From: Flavobacteriales bacterium
GTDB lineage: Bacteria > Bacteroidota > Bacteroidia > UBA4408
Assembly (NCBI GenBank): GCA_040374085.1
Contig: JBEIVB010000001.1
Location: forward strand, 10,074-74,073
DNA: 64,000 nt
Direction: 5' to 3'
In this document: positions 18,392 to 28,200 of the stretch, in pieces
Layout: each line of letters opens with the position of its first letter
How positions within the stretch are numbered: position 1 is the stretch's first letter
Position numbers and translations under genes: made by a program
The notes under the pieces: generated by a model
What the model was told of the DNA's origin: nothing
The model's input: the letters and a program-made list of their open reading frames with translations, nothing else
The model's database searches: none

Positions 18392-20779
18392 TCAGAAGTT
18401 GAAGTTGTAGGTAAATGATGGTACGATTGAACCAATTACGCTGAATTGTATGGCCTCGGTTTGCAAAGGGTTTTGGTTGTTGGCCTGAAAATAAATGCTG
18501 AACGGGTTTCTCCGATTGTAAACATTGTAAACAGAAACAACCAAATTGTGATGATATCGGCCCTTGAATTTATCTCTAAGCTTATATTGCATAGACACAT
18601 CGAGACGATGGTATGCCGGGATTCGAGTATTGTTTCGAGAATAATTGGCGTTTTGAGGAACCACATAACCTTGAATGACCATTCGGTTGGTTGGAAAGGT
18701 AGCAGGGGTACCCGAAGCCAGCACAAAAGTGGCCGACAAGCTTAATCGCTTGTTTAGATCGTAACTGGTTACTATGTTAAGATTGTGAAGGCGATCGAAA
18801 CGAGATGGGTACCAGTTTCCGTTGTTTAGTGGATTGGTAAGACGTTCGGTTCGTGCAATGGTATAGCTAACCCATCCGGTGAAGTCACCCTTTGCCTTTT
18901 TCACATAGAACTCTGTACCGTATGCCCTACCCTTCCCTGTAAGGAGCTCCCCTTCAAGGAGTTTATTTAGAAAAAGATTGGCACCGTTTACATAATCAAT
19001 TTGATTTTGCATCCACTTGTAATACCCTTCTACACTTGCCTCCCAATCTTCGTCTTCGCCGAAATTGCGGAAATAGCCCACTGCCACCTGATCGGCCAAT
19101 TGAGGGCGGATGTTGTTGGTGCTGGGTGTCCATACATCAAATGGAGTAGATGCGGTGGTATTGGAAATCAAATGCACCGTTTGTGTCATACGATTGTACG
19201 ATGCTTTAACCGAGCTTTTGTCGTCTACATCAAACTTGAGAGAAAGTCTGGGCTCAAGATTGTTGTATGATTTCATAACCTGTCCGCTGCTGAACGCACG
19301 AGAGCTAATGGTGTCTCGGGTAAACTCCGAAACCGTATCGCGGTAGGTATAGGCGGTGCCGGGCCCTAAGTAATTGTAATTGCTGAAGCGCAAACCGGCC
19401 TGAATGGTAAGCCTTCCGTTAACGGCAAATTCATCGCCGGCATACAGGGCATTTTCGAGGGAGTATTTATTCCGATCGCCCAACTGACGGCGCTCTCCGT
19501 CGCTAAAGAAAATGAGGGTACCCGGATCGAAGGTATAATAGGTAGCTTGTCCACCAAATGTAACTGTGTGCCTTGAGTTTGGATACCAGGTAAACTCGGG
19601 CTTTACGGAGTAGGTTTTGATTTTTGCCTGCCAATCGAAACCACTTTGTTCGTTTCCAACACCCAATTGATAATCGTAATTGCTGTATATCAAAGAAACG
19701 TTTGAGAACAAACGCTGACCAAACAAATGATTGTAGCGGAGTGTCGCGGTTTGGTTTCCGTTGTTCCATCCGAAACCTCCGGCTCCTCCAAACTTGAATT
19801 TATCCCGGCCTATGTAACCCGATAGGTAAAGACGATTCTTTTCGTTGATGATCCAATTTGCTTTCGCTGTAAAATCGTAGAAATAGACCGTTGCCCCTTT
19901 GATGTTCTGATCGTTTACGAGCGGGAAAAAACGGTCTACATAACTTCTTCTTCCGGCCAAAATGAACGATGCCTTTTCTTTCACGATGGGGGCTTCTATG
20001 CTGAAACGGCTGAAGATGGGGCCAATGCCACCGTGAAATTCCGGGCGTTTGCTGTTTCCGTCTTTCATGCGCACATCCAGGAGCGAAGAAAGTCGGCCAC
20101 CGAACTGTGCGGGTATTCCTCCTTTCAAAAGCTTCACATCCTTTACCGCATCCGGATTAAAAATGGAGAAGAAGCCAAACAAGTGTGCAGAATTGTACAC
20201 CGGTGCATCGTCGAGCAGGATTAGATTGTGATCGATGGAACCGCCTCTAACGTTGAAACCGGTTGCCCCCTCTCCTACCGTAGTCACTCCGGGCAGCAGC
20301 TGTACAGACCGTACCACATCCACTTCTCCCAAAAGGGCCGGTATTTTCTGTATCGACTTTATGTCGAGCTTGGCAACGCTCATCTCCACTCTTCTGAGGT
20401 TATCGCCTTTTTTCTCAGCCTTTATCTCTACGGCCTTCAGCTCCTGAACCGACTCTTTCAATTCGATTGCCAGTCGGGTATCTTCTTTCAATTGAACCTG
20501 CTGTTCGAAGGGCAAGTAACCTATGTACGAAACCCGCAGTGTGTATGTACCTGCCGGAGCCGTGAGAGAGTAAAAGCCGAAGGTATTGGTGGCTATCACG
20601 GCTTTTGCCTCCACCAATTGCACCGGGGCACCAATAAGCACCTCACCGTTCTTCGCATCCTTTACGGTTCCACTTATGGTAATGGTGTTTTGGGCATTAA
20701 TCGCATTCATCCAAAGCAGGAGAATGAAACCGAAAGCATACTTCATATATGGTGAGATTAGAGGCGCAAAGCTATGCAA
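18392..20779 (-). CDS. TonB-dependent outer-membrane receptor with N-terminal carboxypeptidase-regulatory-like domain
   Basis: 795 aa. CarboxypepD_reg-like ITISGTVKDAKNGEVLIGAPVQL...YTLRVSYIGY, then a plug and beta-barrel. C-terminal aromatic residue (NFNF). True start may be the internal MKYAF... signal peptide 11 codons downstream. Confidence 0.8.
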   Translation of the reverse strand: MHSFAPLISPYMKYAFGFILLLWMNAINAQNTITISGTVKDAKNGEVLIGAPVQLVEAKAVIATNTFGFYSLTAPAGTYTLRVSYIGYLPFEQQVQLKEDTRLAIELKESVQELKAVEIKAEKKGDNLRRVEMSVAKLDIKSIQKIPALLGEVDVVRSVQLLPGVTTVGEGATGFNVRGGSIDHNLILLDDAPVYNSAHLFGFFSIFNPDAVKDVKLLKGGIPAQFGGRLSSLLDVRMKDGNSKRPEFHGGIGPIFSRFSIEAPIVKEKASFILAGRRSYVDRFFPLVNDQNIKGATVYFYDFTAKANWIINEKNRLYLSGYIGRDKFKFGGAGGFGWNNGNQTATLRYNHLFGQRLFSNVSLIYSNYDYQLGVGNEQSGFDWQAKIKTYSVKPEFTWYPNSRHTVTFGGQATYYTFDPGTLIFFSDGERRQLGDRNKYSLENALYAGDEFAVNGRLTIQAGLRFSNYNYLGPGTAYTYRDTVSEFTRDTISSRAFSSGQVMKSYNNLEPRLSLKFDVDDKSSVKASYNRMTQTVHLISNTTASTPFDVWTPSTNNIRPQLADQVAVGYFRNFGEDEDWEASVEGYYKWMQNQIDYVNGANLFLNKLLEGELLTGKGRAYGTEFYVKKAKGDFTGWVSYTIARTERLTNPLNNGNWYPSRFDRLHNLNIVTSYDLNKRLSLSATFVLASGTPATFPTNRMVIQGYVVPQNANYSRNNTRIPAYHRLDVSMQYKLRDKFKGRYHHNLVVSVYNVYNRRNPFSIYFQANNQNPLQTEAIQFSVIGSIVPSFTYNFNF

Positions 20780-20805
20780 ACCTCCTCAACCGCTTTGTCT
20801 TTGCG

Positions 20806-20827
20806 AGAATAAGACCCTACTTATTCT
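20806..20827. promoter_or_regulatory. Perfect 8-bp inverted repeat AGAATAAG-N6-CTTATTCT in the TBDR/dinB divergent intergenic region (candidate operator or RNA hairpin)
   Basis: Read directly from sequence. Lies ~30 nt upstream of the TBDR start and ~140 nt upstream of the dinB start. Confidence 0.3.
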
Positions 20828-20966
20828 GCCTTGCCGCCTCTTGGAGTGCGCACTTCCGAAAAGGTTAAAAATGGAATCTTTTTATTTTTAGCCTTAAACT
20901 TAATTAAGTTTTTAACGATATTTGTGGCGCAATATAATCTTTTAGTCAACCCAACATTGTGCACAC

Positions 20967-22130
20967 ATGAACGCGGGCCGCAGCATCGTTCACCTAGACC
21001 TCGATACCTTCTTCGTATCGGTGGAACGGCTCCGCAACAGCAGTTTATCCGGAAAACCGGTAATCATTGGAGGCAGCAGCGACCGTGGGGTTGTGGCAAG
21101 CTGCAGCTATGAGGCGCGGCACTTTGGCGTGCGCTCAGCCATGCCCATTCGAATGGCCCGACAGCTTTGTCCGGATGCTTTTTTTTTAAAAGGCGATTAC
21201 GAGCAGTACAGTCACTACTCCGACTTGGTTACCGAGATCATTGCCGAACGTGCGCCCTTATTTGAAAAAGCGAGCATAGACGAGCATTACATTGATGCTA
21301 CAGGAATGGAGCGTTTTTTTGGCACGGTAAAGTGGGCACAAGAACTGCGGACAACCATAGAAAAAGAAAGTGGCTTGCCTATATCCTTAGGCTTATCCAT
21401 AAACAAAACGGTGGCGAAAATGGCCACCAATGAATGTAAGCCTCACGGGGAATATCAGGTTCCTGCACATGGTGTTCAACCCTTTCTCGATCCCCTCTCG
21501 ATTCGAAAAATACCCATGATTGGAGCAAAGACCTTTCAGCGTCTCCGGTCTATGGGCGTAAGCACCATTGCGACACTCCGTGATATTCCGATGGAGCTCC
21601 TTGAACAAGTGTTGGGAGAACATGGACGTCTGATTTGGCTTAAGGCAAACGGCATCGATCAAAATCCGGTGATCCCTTACAGCGAACGGAAATCCATTGG
21701 CACCGAACATACCTTCGACCAAGACACTACCGACCTACAATTTTTAGAAGCTCGGTTGGTAGGCATGTGCGAAGAAATAGGCTTTCAGATGAGGCAGGAG
21801 CAAAAACTATGTTCCTGCGTTACGGTAAAGCTTAGGTACGCCGACTTCAATACCCATACCATGCAACAACGCATTCCCTATACAGCGTTTGACCACAAAC
21901 TGATTGAAGTAAGCAAAAATTTATTATCTAAACTATATAACAGAAGATTGCGAATACGACTTATCGGAGTGCGCTACACCCATTTGGTTCATGGCTCGCC
22001 GCAAATTCATCTTTTTGAAGACAGCGAAGAACTCATTAACCTTTACCAAGCTGTAGATCGCATGAAGGCCAAATACGGAGAACATGCGCTCTTAAGGGGG
22101 TGCAGTTTAAAAAAGAAAAATACGGAATAA
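20967..22130 (+). CDS. dinB: DNA polymerase IV (Y-family translesion polymerase)
   Basis: 387 aa. N-terminal IVHLDLDTFFVSVE and GKPVIIGG motifs, characteristic of the DinB/UmuC Y-family. Confidence 0.85.
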   Translation: MNAGRSIVHLDLDTFFVSVERLRNSSLSGKPVIIGGSSDRGVVASCSYEARHFGVRSAMPIRMARQLCPDAFFLKGDYEQYSHYSDLVTEIIAERAPLFEKASIDEHYIDATGMERFFGTVKWAQELRTTIEKESGLPISLGLSINKTVAKMATNECKPHGEYQVPAHGVQPFLDPLSIRKIPMIGAKTFQRLRSMGVSTIATLRDIPMELLEQVLGEHGRLIWLKANGIDQNPVIPYSERKSIGTEHTFDQDTTDLQFLEARLVGMCEEIGFQMRQEQKLCSCVTVKLRYADFNTHTMQQRIPYTAFDHKLIEVSKNLLSKLYNRRLRIRLIGVRYTHLVHGSPQIHLFEDSEELINLYQAVDRMKAKYGEHALLRGCSLKKKNTE

Positions 22131-22141
22131 TGTGAAGTGCG

Positions 22142-23656
22142 TTACTTTGTAGCTGGCGACAATCCTATAACCTTAAAATTATTACCGGAGAATAAAACGT
22201 CAGCATGCGGAAAAGTAACATTCAAGAAAGAAGATCCTGAAAACTCAGGGGAATGCACTATGTATTGTATCTTGTCTTGAGCAACAGCTTGCTCAAAGTC
22301 GCGGTATTGGAATGGCGATTGCGATGGAACAAGATCGAGATTAGGGAAAATAGCTCGCTTGGGCATCATAATGTTTACATAAACATTGGTTGAAAACATT
22401 CGGCCCTCTGCAGATAAGTGAGCATTCATCCACGAAGCAACCCTTTGCGGTTCATCGTAAACAGACTTGGGTGTTCTCACGTGATTCATGTGCTCATGCA
22501 TCAACTTTTGAAGTAGAACGGCGGGAAAAAAAATCATCAAACTTAAACAAGCGAACCAACCCAATCTGCCCGACAGAGGATTTTGAAAATCATGATCTGC
22601 ACTTGAACGCAACCAAAATCCAAGAAACAAAAGAGATGACATAATACTTTCTTGATAATAGTTAATCCAAGAACCTTCTTTCATACTGGTTAGAAAAGCA
22701 AAACAAAAAAACACCAAGTTGCATAGCCCTAACCAGAGCACAATAGGGTTTCGGGGAAAGCGAAACATCCAAAGAATACTGAAAAGAGCCAATGCAAACA
22801 CAAACTCGCTCTTCAGGTAATAGTGTGAAAAAACATCATAGGCCCTAAATGGAATAAGCCCGTTACGAATGCCTTCAAACGTATTCTTCCAAAACCAATC
22901 TCCCCAAATAGAACGGCAAGTAAAGTATCCTATTGCAAATAGTCCGACATATCCAAATGAAAAAACAAGAGCTGGTTTCCAAAGACGCCTTAAAAACAAA
23001 AACAACACTACCAGAGGGGGCAGAACCATCCCGGTTTGTTTGGTAAAAAGTGCTAGGCAAGCCAAAAGGGATACCCAAAGCCAACTGTATACACGAGATC
23101 CTATATAAGTTTGATCTGAAAGGTGAAGCACATACAAGACAGTTGCAAGGCTGACAAGAGCAAACAAAGAATCAGGGCGGGTGGCAAAATGTATTCGCGT
23201 TAGAAAATAAAACTCCAAAGCACAAATAACAAAACACCAGGCAGTATTTAACTGCCATTTACGACGTAAAAAGAGCCACAAAAAGATCACCCCTGCTAAA
23301 TCAAAAAACAAGCTCACAGAACGACCCAAAACAAAAAAATCATGAGCATTTTGAAGGGATTGCAATCCGAAGATCTTTGCCAATGCTACAACAATGAGAT
23401 AGTAAATTGGAGTATACTGTGTAATGTCGTAATGGAATCGCTCAGGATCCTGATATAAAGGCTCACCGGAAACAACTTTAGAAATGGAAAAGATCACATT
23501 TTGCTCGATTCCACCCAAATCAACAGCGTAGGAACCAACCAACAAAATCCGAAACAGAAGCATAATCAGGAAAGAGGCAACTGCAATCCAACCGCTTAAG
23601 CGGAGAGGACCTTGTTGCACAAGCCAGGTGAATACAGGGGAAAGTATGTTGGTCAT
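22142..23656 (-). CDS. Polytopic (~12 TM) membrane protein, GT-C-fold glycosyltransferase-like (ArnT/PMT/oligosaccharyltransferase-like), function unknown
   Basis: 504 aa with many hydrophobic helices, a first large loop containing acidic residues (DLGG...DPERFHYD), and a soluble ~110-aa C-terminus. Start codon overlaps the upstream methyltransferase stop (4 nt). Confidence 0.4.
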   Translation of the reverse strand: MTNILSPVFTWLVQQGPLRLSGWIAVASFLIMLLFRILLVGSYAVDLGGIEQNVIFSISKVVSGEPLYQDPERFHYDITQYTPIYYLIVVALAKIFGLQSLQNAHDFFVLGRSVSLFFDLAGVIFLWLFLRRKWQLNTAWCFVICALEFYFLTRIHFATRPDSLFALVSLATVLYVLHLSDQTYIGSRVYSWLWVSLLACLALFTKQTGMVLPPLVVLFLFLRRLWKPALVFSFGYVGLFAIGYFTCRSIWGDWFWKNTFEGIRNGLIPFRAYDVFSHYYLKSEFVFALALFSILWMFRFPRNPIVLWLGLCNLVFFCFAFLTSMKEGSWINYYQESIMSSLLFLGFWLRSSADHDFQNPLSGRLGWFACLSLMIFFPAVLLQKLMHEHMNHVRTPKSVYDEPQRVASWMNAHLSAEGRMFSTNVYVNIMMPKRAIFPNLDLVPSQSPFQYRDFEQAVAQDKIQYIVHSPEFSGSSFLNVTFPHADVLFSGNNFKVIGLSPATK

Positions 23657-24438
23657 GCCACCCTATTCTTTTGCCTACAGATGAAAAACACACTGCTTCC
23701 CCACACAGCATTCCGAAGAAAAGGCATCCATTGCCTATACTCCGGATAAGGATATAAGGCCGGTAAAAGAACGTGTTCAATTTCAAAATGAGGCGCAATC
23801 AACTTCTTCCAATTGGAAACCCGATAGTATCTCAAATCATGTAAAACAGTGGCTCCTTCTACACTGTGAGATGGGGTAAAGAGGATGTTCTTCACGCTTC
23901 CTTTTCCGGTGCTGATCCATCTACCCAAAAAAGCATTAATGATGCGATGCGGGGTGGTCATTAAAAGCAGCCCAAACCAGCCGATGAGCGCCATACAAGC
24001 CGTGGGCATGCCAATGATGAGGACGCCATCGGGCTTCAGAACGCGCGCCATTTCTTTCAAGCTCCCATCCACAGATTGAACATGCTCTAAGACATGCGAA
24101 GAATACAAAACATCGAAATGGGCATCGGAAAAGGGTATAGATTCGGCAAAGGCCTGTCTGATTTCCATAGCTTCTAAGCTATAATTTGAGCCGTCGCGAC
24201 CAACTCCATGAGCTCCTGGCGATGGATCAATTCCATAAGACGTTAGACCCAGTTCCCGTGCTCTTTGCATGGCGTAACCGGCTCCACAACCCACATCAAG
24301 AAACATTCCGGGGCGGATGAAAGGCACAACCGCAGCCCATTCCACATCCCTAATGCGTTTTTGATTAACGTTGGTTGCTTCCTTACTCAGGAAGGGAAAC
24401 TGATAAAGCTTCAAAAGAAAAGATTTCAAACTGCCCAT
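23653..24438 (-). CDS. Class I SAM-dependent methyltransferase (Methyltransf_11-like)
   Basis: LDVGCGAGYAMQRARELG motif I. 261 aa. Overlaps GT2 gene end by 13 nt and GT-C gene start by 4 nt. Confidence 0.75.
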   Translation of the reverse strand: MGSLKSFLLKLYQFPFLSKEATNVNQKRIRDVEWAAVVPFIRPGMFLDVGCGAGYAMQRARELGLTSYGIDPSPGAHGVGRDGSNYSLEAMEIRQAFAESIPFSDAHFDVLYSSHVLEHVQSVDGSLKEMARVLKPDGVLIIGMPTACMALIGWFGLLLMTTPHRIINAFLGRWISTGKGSVKNILFTPSHSVEGATVLHDLRYYRVSNWKKLIAPHFEIEHVLLPALYPYPEYRQWMPFLRNAVWGSSVFFICRQKNRVA

Positions 24439-25328
24439 CGCTTACTTTTAATAAAATCATACAACAAATAGATCTTCTTTTTGGTGGTAGAGGAAACAGG
24501 ATCCACCAAAATAGACCTTAACACAAACCAAACCGTAGGAAAAAAACGCCCCATTAAATGGTGATGACGCGCTATTCCGAAATAACTGTCACTAATCAAA
24601 TGCCTTTTTAAAGCAGGGTTTACCTTATCAAGCATATCAGGTTGGGAAAACAGTTTACGCAAACCCTTCAAACGAGGCAGAAAACAATTCTTCGCAATAT
24701 CTACAGAGTTATCATCATGGAGATGATAAAGCACAGTACGGGCCTTTAGCTGAATAATCGGATAACGAGTGGCAATTGTACACCACAGCACGGTGTCTTC
24801 CACAATGACAATGTCGGTCCTAAACTGAAACACCTGAAAAATAGACGCAGAAACACAAACACGCGCAGGAATTATGGAGTTGCGCAGAAAAAAATCGATT
24901 GGATCACTGCCCATTTCAGTTATTACCTGAGCTTCGCGTTCCGATCCTCGCAGATAGTAGCAATGAGTAAAAACTAAAGCATCCGGAAAATCTTGTTCAG
25001 AAAGTAAGTTAAACAACTTCTGTAGATGATCGGGCAGGTAATAATCATCGCTATCCAGAAAACAAATATACCGCCCTTTGGAATTCCTAGCACCGTTGTT
25101 TCTGGCAGCACTCCTTTCTGCATTCACCTGAAATACATAATGAATGCGGGCATCTGCTCGAGCAATTTCTTCAACCACCTGGCGCGTGTCGTCGGTTGAA
25201 CCGTCATCTACAACCCATAATTCCCAATTCTGAAACGCTTGATTCTGAACGGAAGAAATTGTGGAAGGCAACAATCCTGCTCTATTGTAAGCAGGAATTA
25301 CCACGCTAAAAAAAGGCTGGTCCATCAT
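24426..25328 (-). CDS. Family 2 glycosyltransferase
   Basis: FSVVIPAYNRAGLL...VVDDGSTDDT and DSDD motifs (GT-A fold, GT2). 300 aa. Confidence 0.8.
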   Translation of the reverse strand: MMDQPFFSVVIPAYNRAGLLPSTISSVQNQAFQNWELWVVDDGSTDDTRQVVEEIARADARIHYVFQVNAERSAARNNGARNSKGRYICFLDSDDYYLPDHLQKLFNLLSEQDFPDALVFTHCYYLRGSEREAQVITEMGSDPIDFFLRNSIIPARVCVSASIFQVFQFRTDIVIVEDTVLWCTIATRYPIIQLKARTVLYHLHDDNSVDIAKNCFLPRLKGLRKLFSQPDMLDKVNPALKRHLISDSYFGIARHHHLMGRFFPTVWFVLRSILVDPVSSTTKKKIYLLYDFIKSKRWAV

Positions 25329-26158
25329 AAAGCAACCTCCTCCTCAAACCAAGCATCAGGTACGATGTTAACCGGATAAGGTTGACCGACTTTAAATCCT
25401 AAAAAATTGCGCGGTACATGAACTTTCTTGCCCGGGACCTTATTTAACCAAGCCGCCCACCAACTGAATGTGCTGTGTGCATTAATACAAACATGTGCAT
25501 GCTGAATGAACTGAAAATCTACAATAGGGTCCTCTTTTGAAAAAATGGCACCGGGAACATCACTAAATACCTTAGCCAATGCATCCGGCTCATCAGATAA
25601 AAAAACAACTTGATAGCAAGTTAAATCGTATCGACCCAAAAGATTATGGTAATAAGACCATGGCAAACTAAGATCAGGACCGCCCAAATAATCTGGACCG
25701 AACGTTCGATAATCTTTCAAACGAATGTGAACTGTAAGCAATGGCTTCACAATTCCTAGACGCTCAATAGCCTTTCCATAAAGCTCTTTATACACTCGCT
25801 TGATGTTAAAACACGCTGCAATGTCCTCATCCCTGCCGAAAAAATATCGTTCTCCTTGAAAGTATCCATAGAACCAATGATTAGCGCCTTGGAGGTTTAA
25901 CATTGAGTTGGAATAGTCGGTGCGGTTATCCTGAAAATGGTGAAATCGGTAACCCAATCCCGGAATCTTGTTAAACAGGCGAAATCGCTGATACCGGAAA
26001 CTATTTCGACTACGCTCGCCGGCAGACAACTCGAAAAAGCGAAGGTGATGCAAATCACTTAACGCATAGGGCATCTTCAACCGAGCTGAAAGTGATCGAG
26101 CACAAGCGTAAATAAACATTTGATTCCCCATTTGACAATGGGAGTGAAAAACAAGCAT
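25325..26158 (-). CDS. Family 11 glycosyltransferase (alpha-1,2-fucosyltransferase-like)
   Basis: GT11 motifs HIRLKDY (HxRRxD-like) and STFSWWAAWL. 277 aa. 4-nt ATGA overlap with the GT2 start. Confidence 0.7.
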   Translation of the reverse strand: MLVFHSHCQMGNQMFIYACARSLSARLKMPYALSDLHHLRFFELSAGERSRNSFRYQRFRLFNKIPGLGYRFHHFQDNRTDYSNSMLNLQGANHWFYGYFQGERYFFGRDEDIAACFNIKRVYKELYGKAIERLGIVKPLLTVHIRLKDYRTFGPDYLGGPDLSLPWSYYHNLLGRYDLTCYQVVFLSDEPDALAKVFSDVPGAIFSKEDPIVDFQFIQHAHVCINAHSTFSWWAAWLNKVPGKKVHVPRNFLGFKVGQPYPVNIVPDAWFEEEVAL

Positions 26159-26169
26159 AACTCCGGTTC

Positions 26170-28197
26170 CTATTTGCTCAAGATTTTTATCTCCGTTCTA
26201 CGATTCATCTGCCTGCCCTGTTCGGTATCATTGGATGCTATGGGTATGCTAAAACCATAACCAACGGCTTGCAATCGATTCGCCTTTATACCCTTCGAAA
26301 TGAGGTAATCCATAACCGATTGAGAGCGACGCTGACTTAAATCAAGGTTATACCGCTCCGATCCTTTATTGTCGGTATGACTGGACAACTCAATCCTCAT
26401 TGTGGGATAATCGTTTAGAATTTTAACGAGAAGATTCAGTTCCACGATTGATTCCTTTCTCAAAGTAGCCTTATCAAAGTCATAAAACACGTTGCGCAAC
26501 ACCATGCGGGTTCCGGCAGATAAGGACTTAAGACGGATTTCTTTAATGATCTCCTGATTCTCGACCTGAATGGAAAGATCAATGTTCTCAGAATGAAAAA
26601 GATGAGACGGGGCTTGAACAGCAATACCATAATTTTTTCCTGATGGAAGAGAAACCAAAAATTTACCGGTTTTGCTGTTCGATTGGAAGGAAGCCACCTC
26701 TTTTCCTTTTGCATTATCCGTTACAGAAATAGTTGCTTCAAGCGGAACTCCCGTATCATCATCCAATATGACTCCTTTCAAAATTATGACATTGTTGGAG
26801 CTTATCTGCTCGGCTTTTGCCATCATCTTTCCTGTCTCTATAACGGGTTTAGAAATGCCTGCCAATAAGACATCCTCATTGGTAAGCACAGGAATCTTTT
26901 CTTTACCCATGAAAGTAATAAGATAGATATCTCTCAAACCATACCCCTCCTTTCGAACAGATGCATAATAACCATGTCGGCCGCTTGCAGATAATACAAA
27001 TGCCATATCATCGTCTGGGGTGTTAACCGGATAACCAATGTTCACCGGCTTTTTAAAATTGCCGGAGGTATCCATTTCGGCTTTAAAAATATCGAAGCCT
27101 CCCATGGTTTCATGTCCTTTAGAACTGAAATACATGGTTTTTCCATCGGGCATCATAAAAGGAGTTTGTTCATCGTAAGGAGTGTTAATGGATGGCCCCA
27201 GATTGCGAACCTCTCCCCATTTGCCCTTTTCATCGAGAGAACATGCATAAATATCGCTTCCCCCCAATCCACCGCTGCGATCAGAAACAAAAAAAAGCGT
27301 TTTCTCATCGAAAGAGAAAGATGCCGCAGACTCATGATCCTTCGAGGATATCTGGCGGGGAAAAGCCTCCGGATTCGACCACCTATCTCCTTCGAGTTTA
27401 CACACATAAATGTTTCCGGAGCCATTGTCATCGATGTAAATCAACAGCTTCTGACCATCGGAAGATAAATTAATGGTAGCATCATGGCCGGGAGTATTAA
27501 CCGGAGGGCCTAAATTCTCAGGAAGACTCCATGTATTGTTGAATCGATTGGAAACAAAAATATCTTCAAAATACTCGTCGTAATTTGGATCAATTTTTCC
27601 GCCGGTGGTATTGATTCTTCTGGATGTAAACATCAACACCGATTCATCTGCTGAAATTACCGGGCTATAATCGGTAAAAGGCCCATTTATTCCGGATCCA
27701 AGATTTTCAACCTGTGCACGTATGGGAGATTCAACTAGCTTCCTGCCCACGGCAACTTCCTCTAAACGCTTGGTAACTTCAGCAAACTCTTGCCGCGATT
27801 CCTTCTTCCCGAGCTTAAGGTTCGATTTAAATGCTTCATAATCAACCTGGGCCTGATCCCATTTTGAATCCAGGTGATAACAAAAGCCCAAATAATAATG
27901 AACATCGAATGCAACGTTAGCATTCATTTCAAACGCCTTCTGAAAATAAGCTTGGGCATTGTACTTAAGAGGCGAGTTGAGGTAGCATCTTCCTATCCGG
28001 TATTTGATCTCGGCCCTGCTTCCATCCATGCTATCTGCCCTCAAATAAAAGACGAGAGCCTTGCGATGCATGTTGGGACCTTGATCATAAAATTCATCGC
28101 CACTTAAAACTGCTTCTTTGTACAACCTAGACTGGGCTGCAAGATTACTCCACATTAGAGCACAAATAAAACACACGAGAAAAAATCCGTTTTTCAT
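26170..28197 (-). CDS. TPR / TolB-like PD40 repeat / OmpA-domain protein (paralog of the 18-1994 protein)
   Basis: 675 aa. Signal peptide. Same repeat motifs (NLGPPVNTPG...DG.T.YFSS) and C-terminal OmpA-like HTDNKGSERYNLDLSQRRSQSV...NRRTEI. Confidence 0.7.
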   Translation of the reverse strand: MKNGFFLVCFICALMWSNLAAQSRLYKEAVLSGDEFYDQGPNMHRKALVFYLRADSMDGSRAEIKYRIGRCYLNSPLKYNAQAYFQKAFEMNANVAFDVHYYLGFCYHLDSKWDQAQVDYEAFKSNLKLGKKESRQEFAEVTKRLEEVAVGRKLVESPIRAQVENLGSGINGPFTDYSPVISADESVLMFTSRRINTTGGKIDPNYDEYFEDIFVSNRFNNTWSLPENLGPPVNTPGHDATINLSSDGQKLLIYIDDNGSGNIYVCKLEGDRWSNPEAFPRQISSKDHESAASFSFDEKTLFFVSDRSGGLGGSDIYACSLDEKGKWGEVRNLGPSINTPYDEQTPFMMPDGKTMYFSSKGHETMGGFDIFKAEMDTSGNFKKPVNIGYPVNTPDDDMAFVLSASGRHGYYASVRKEGYGLRDIYLITFMGKEKIPVLTNEDVLLAGISKPVIETGKMMAKAEQISSNNVIILKGVILDDDTGVPLEATISVTDNAKGKEVASFQSNSKTGKFLVSLPSGKNYGIAVQAPSHLFHSENIDLSIQVENQEIIKEIRLKSLSAGTRMVLRNVFYDFDKATLRKESIVELNLLVKILNDYPTMRIELSSHTDNKGSERYNLDLSQRRSQSVMDYLISKGIKANRLQAVGYGFSIPIASNDTEQGRQMNRRTEIKILSK

Positions 28198-28200
28198 GCT

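Noticed and set aside
20228-20755. 175-aa + strand ORF antisense to the TonB-dependent receptor
   Set aside because: No motif or start-context support. The receptor frame is strongly supported (CarboxypepD_reg, plug, C-terminal aromatic).
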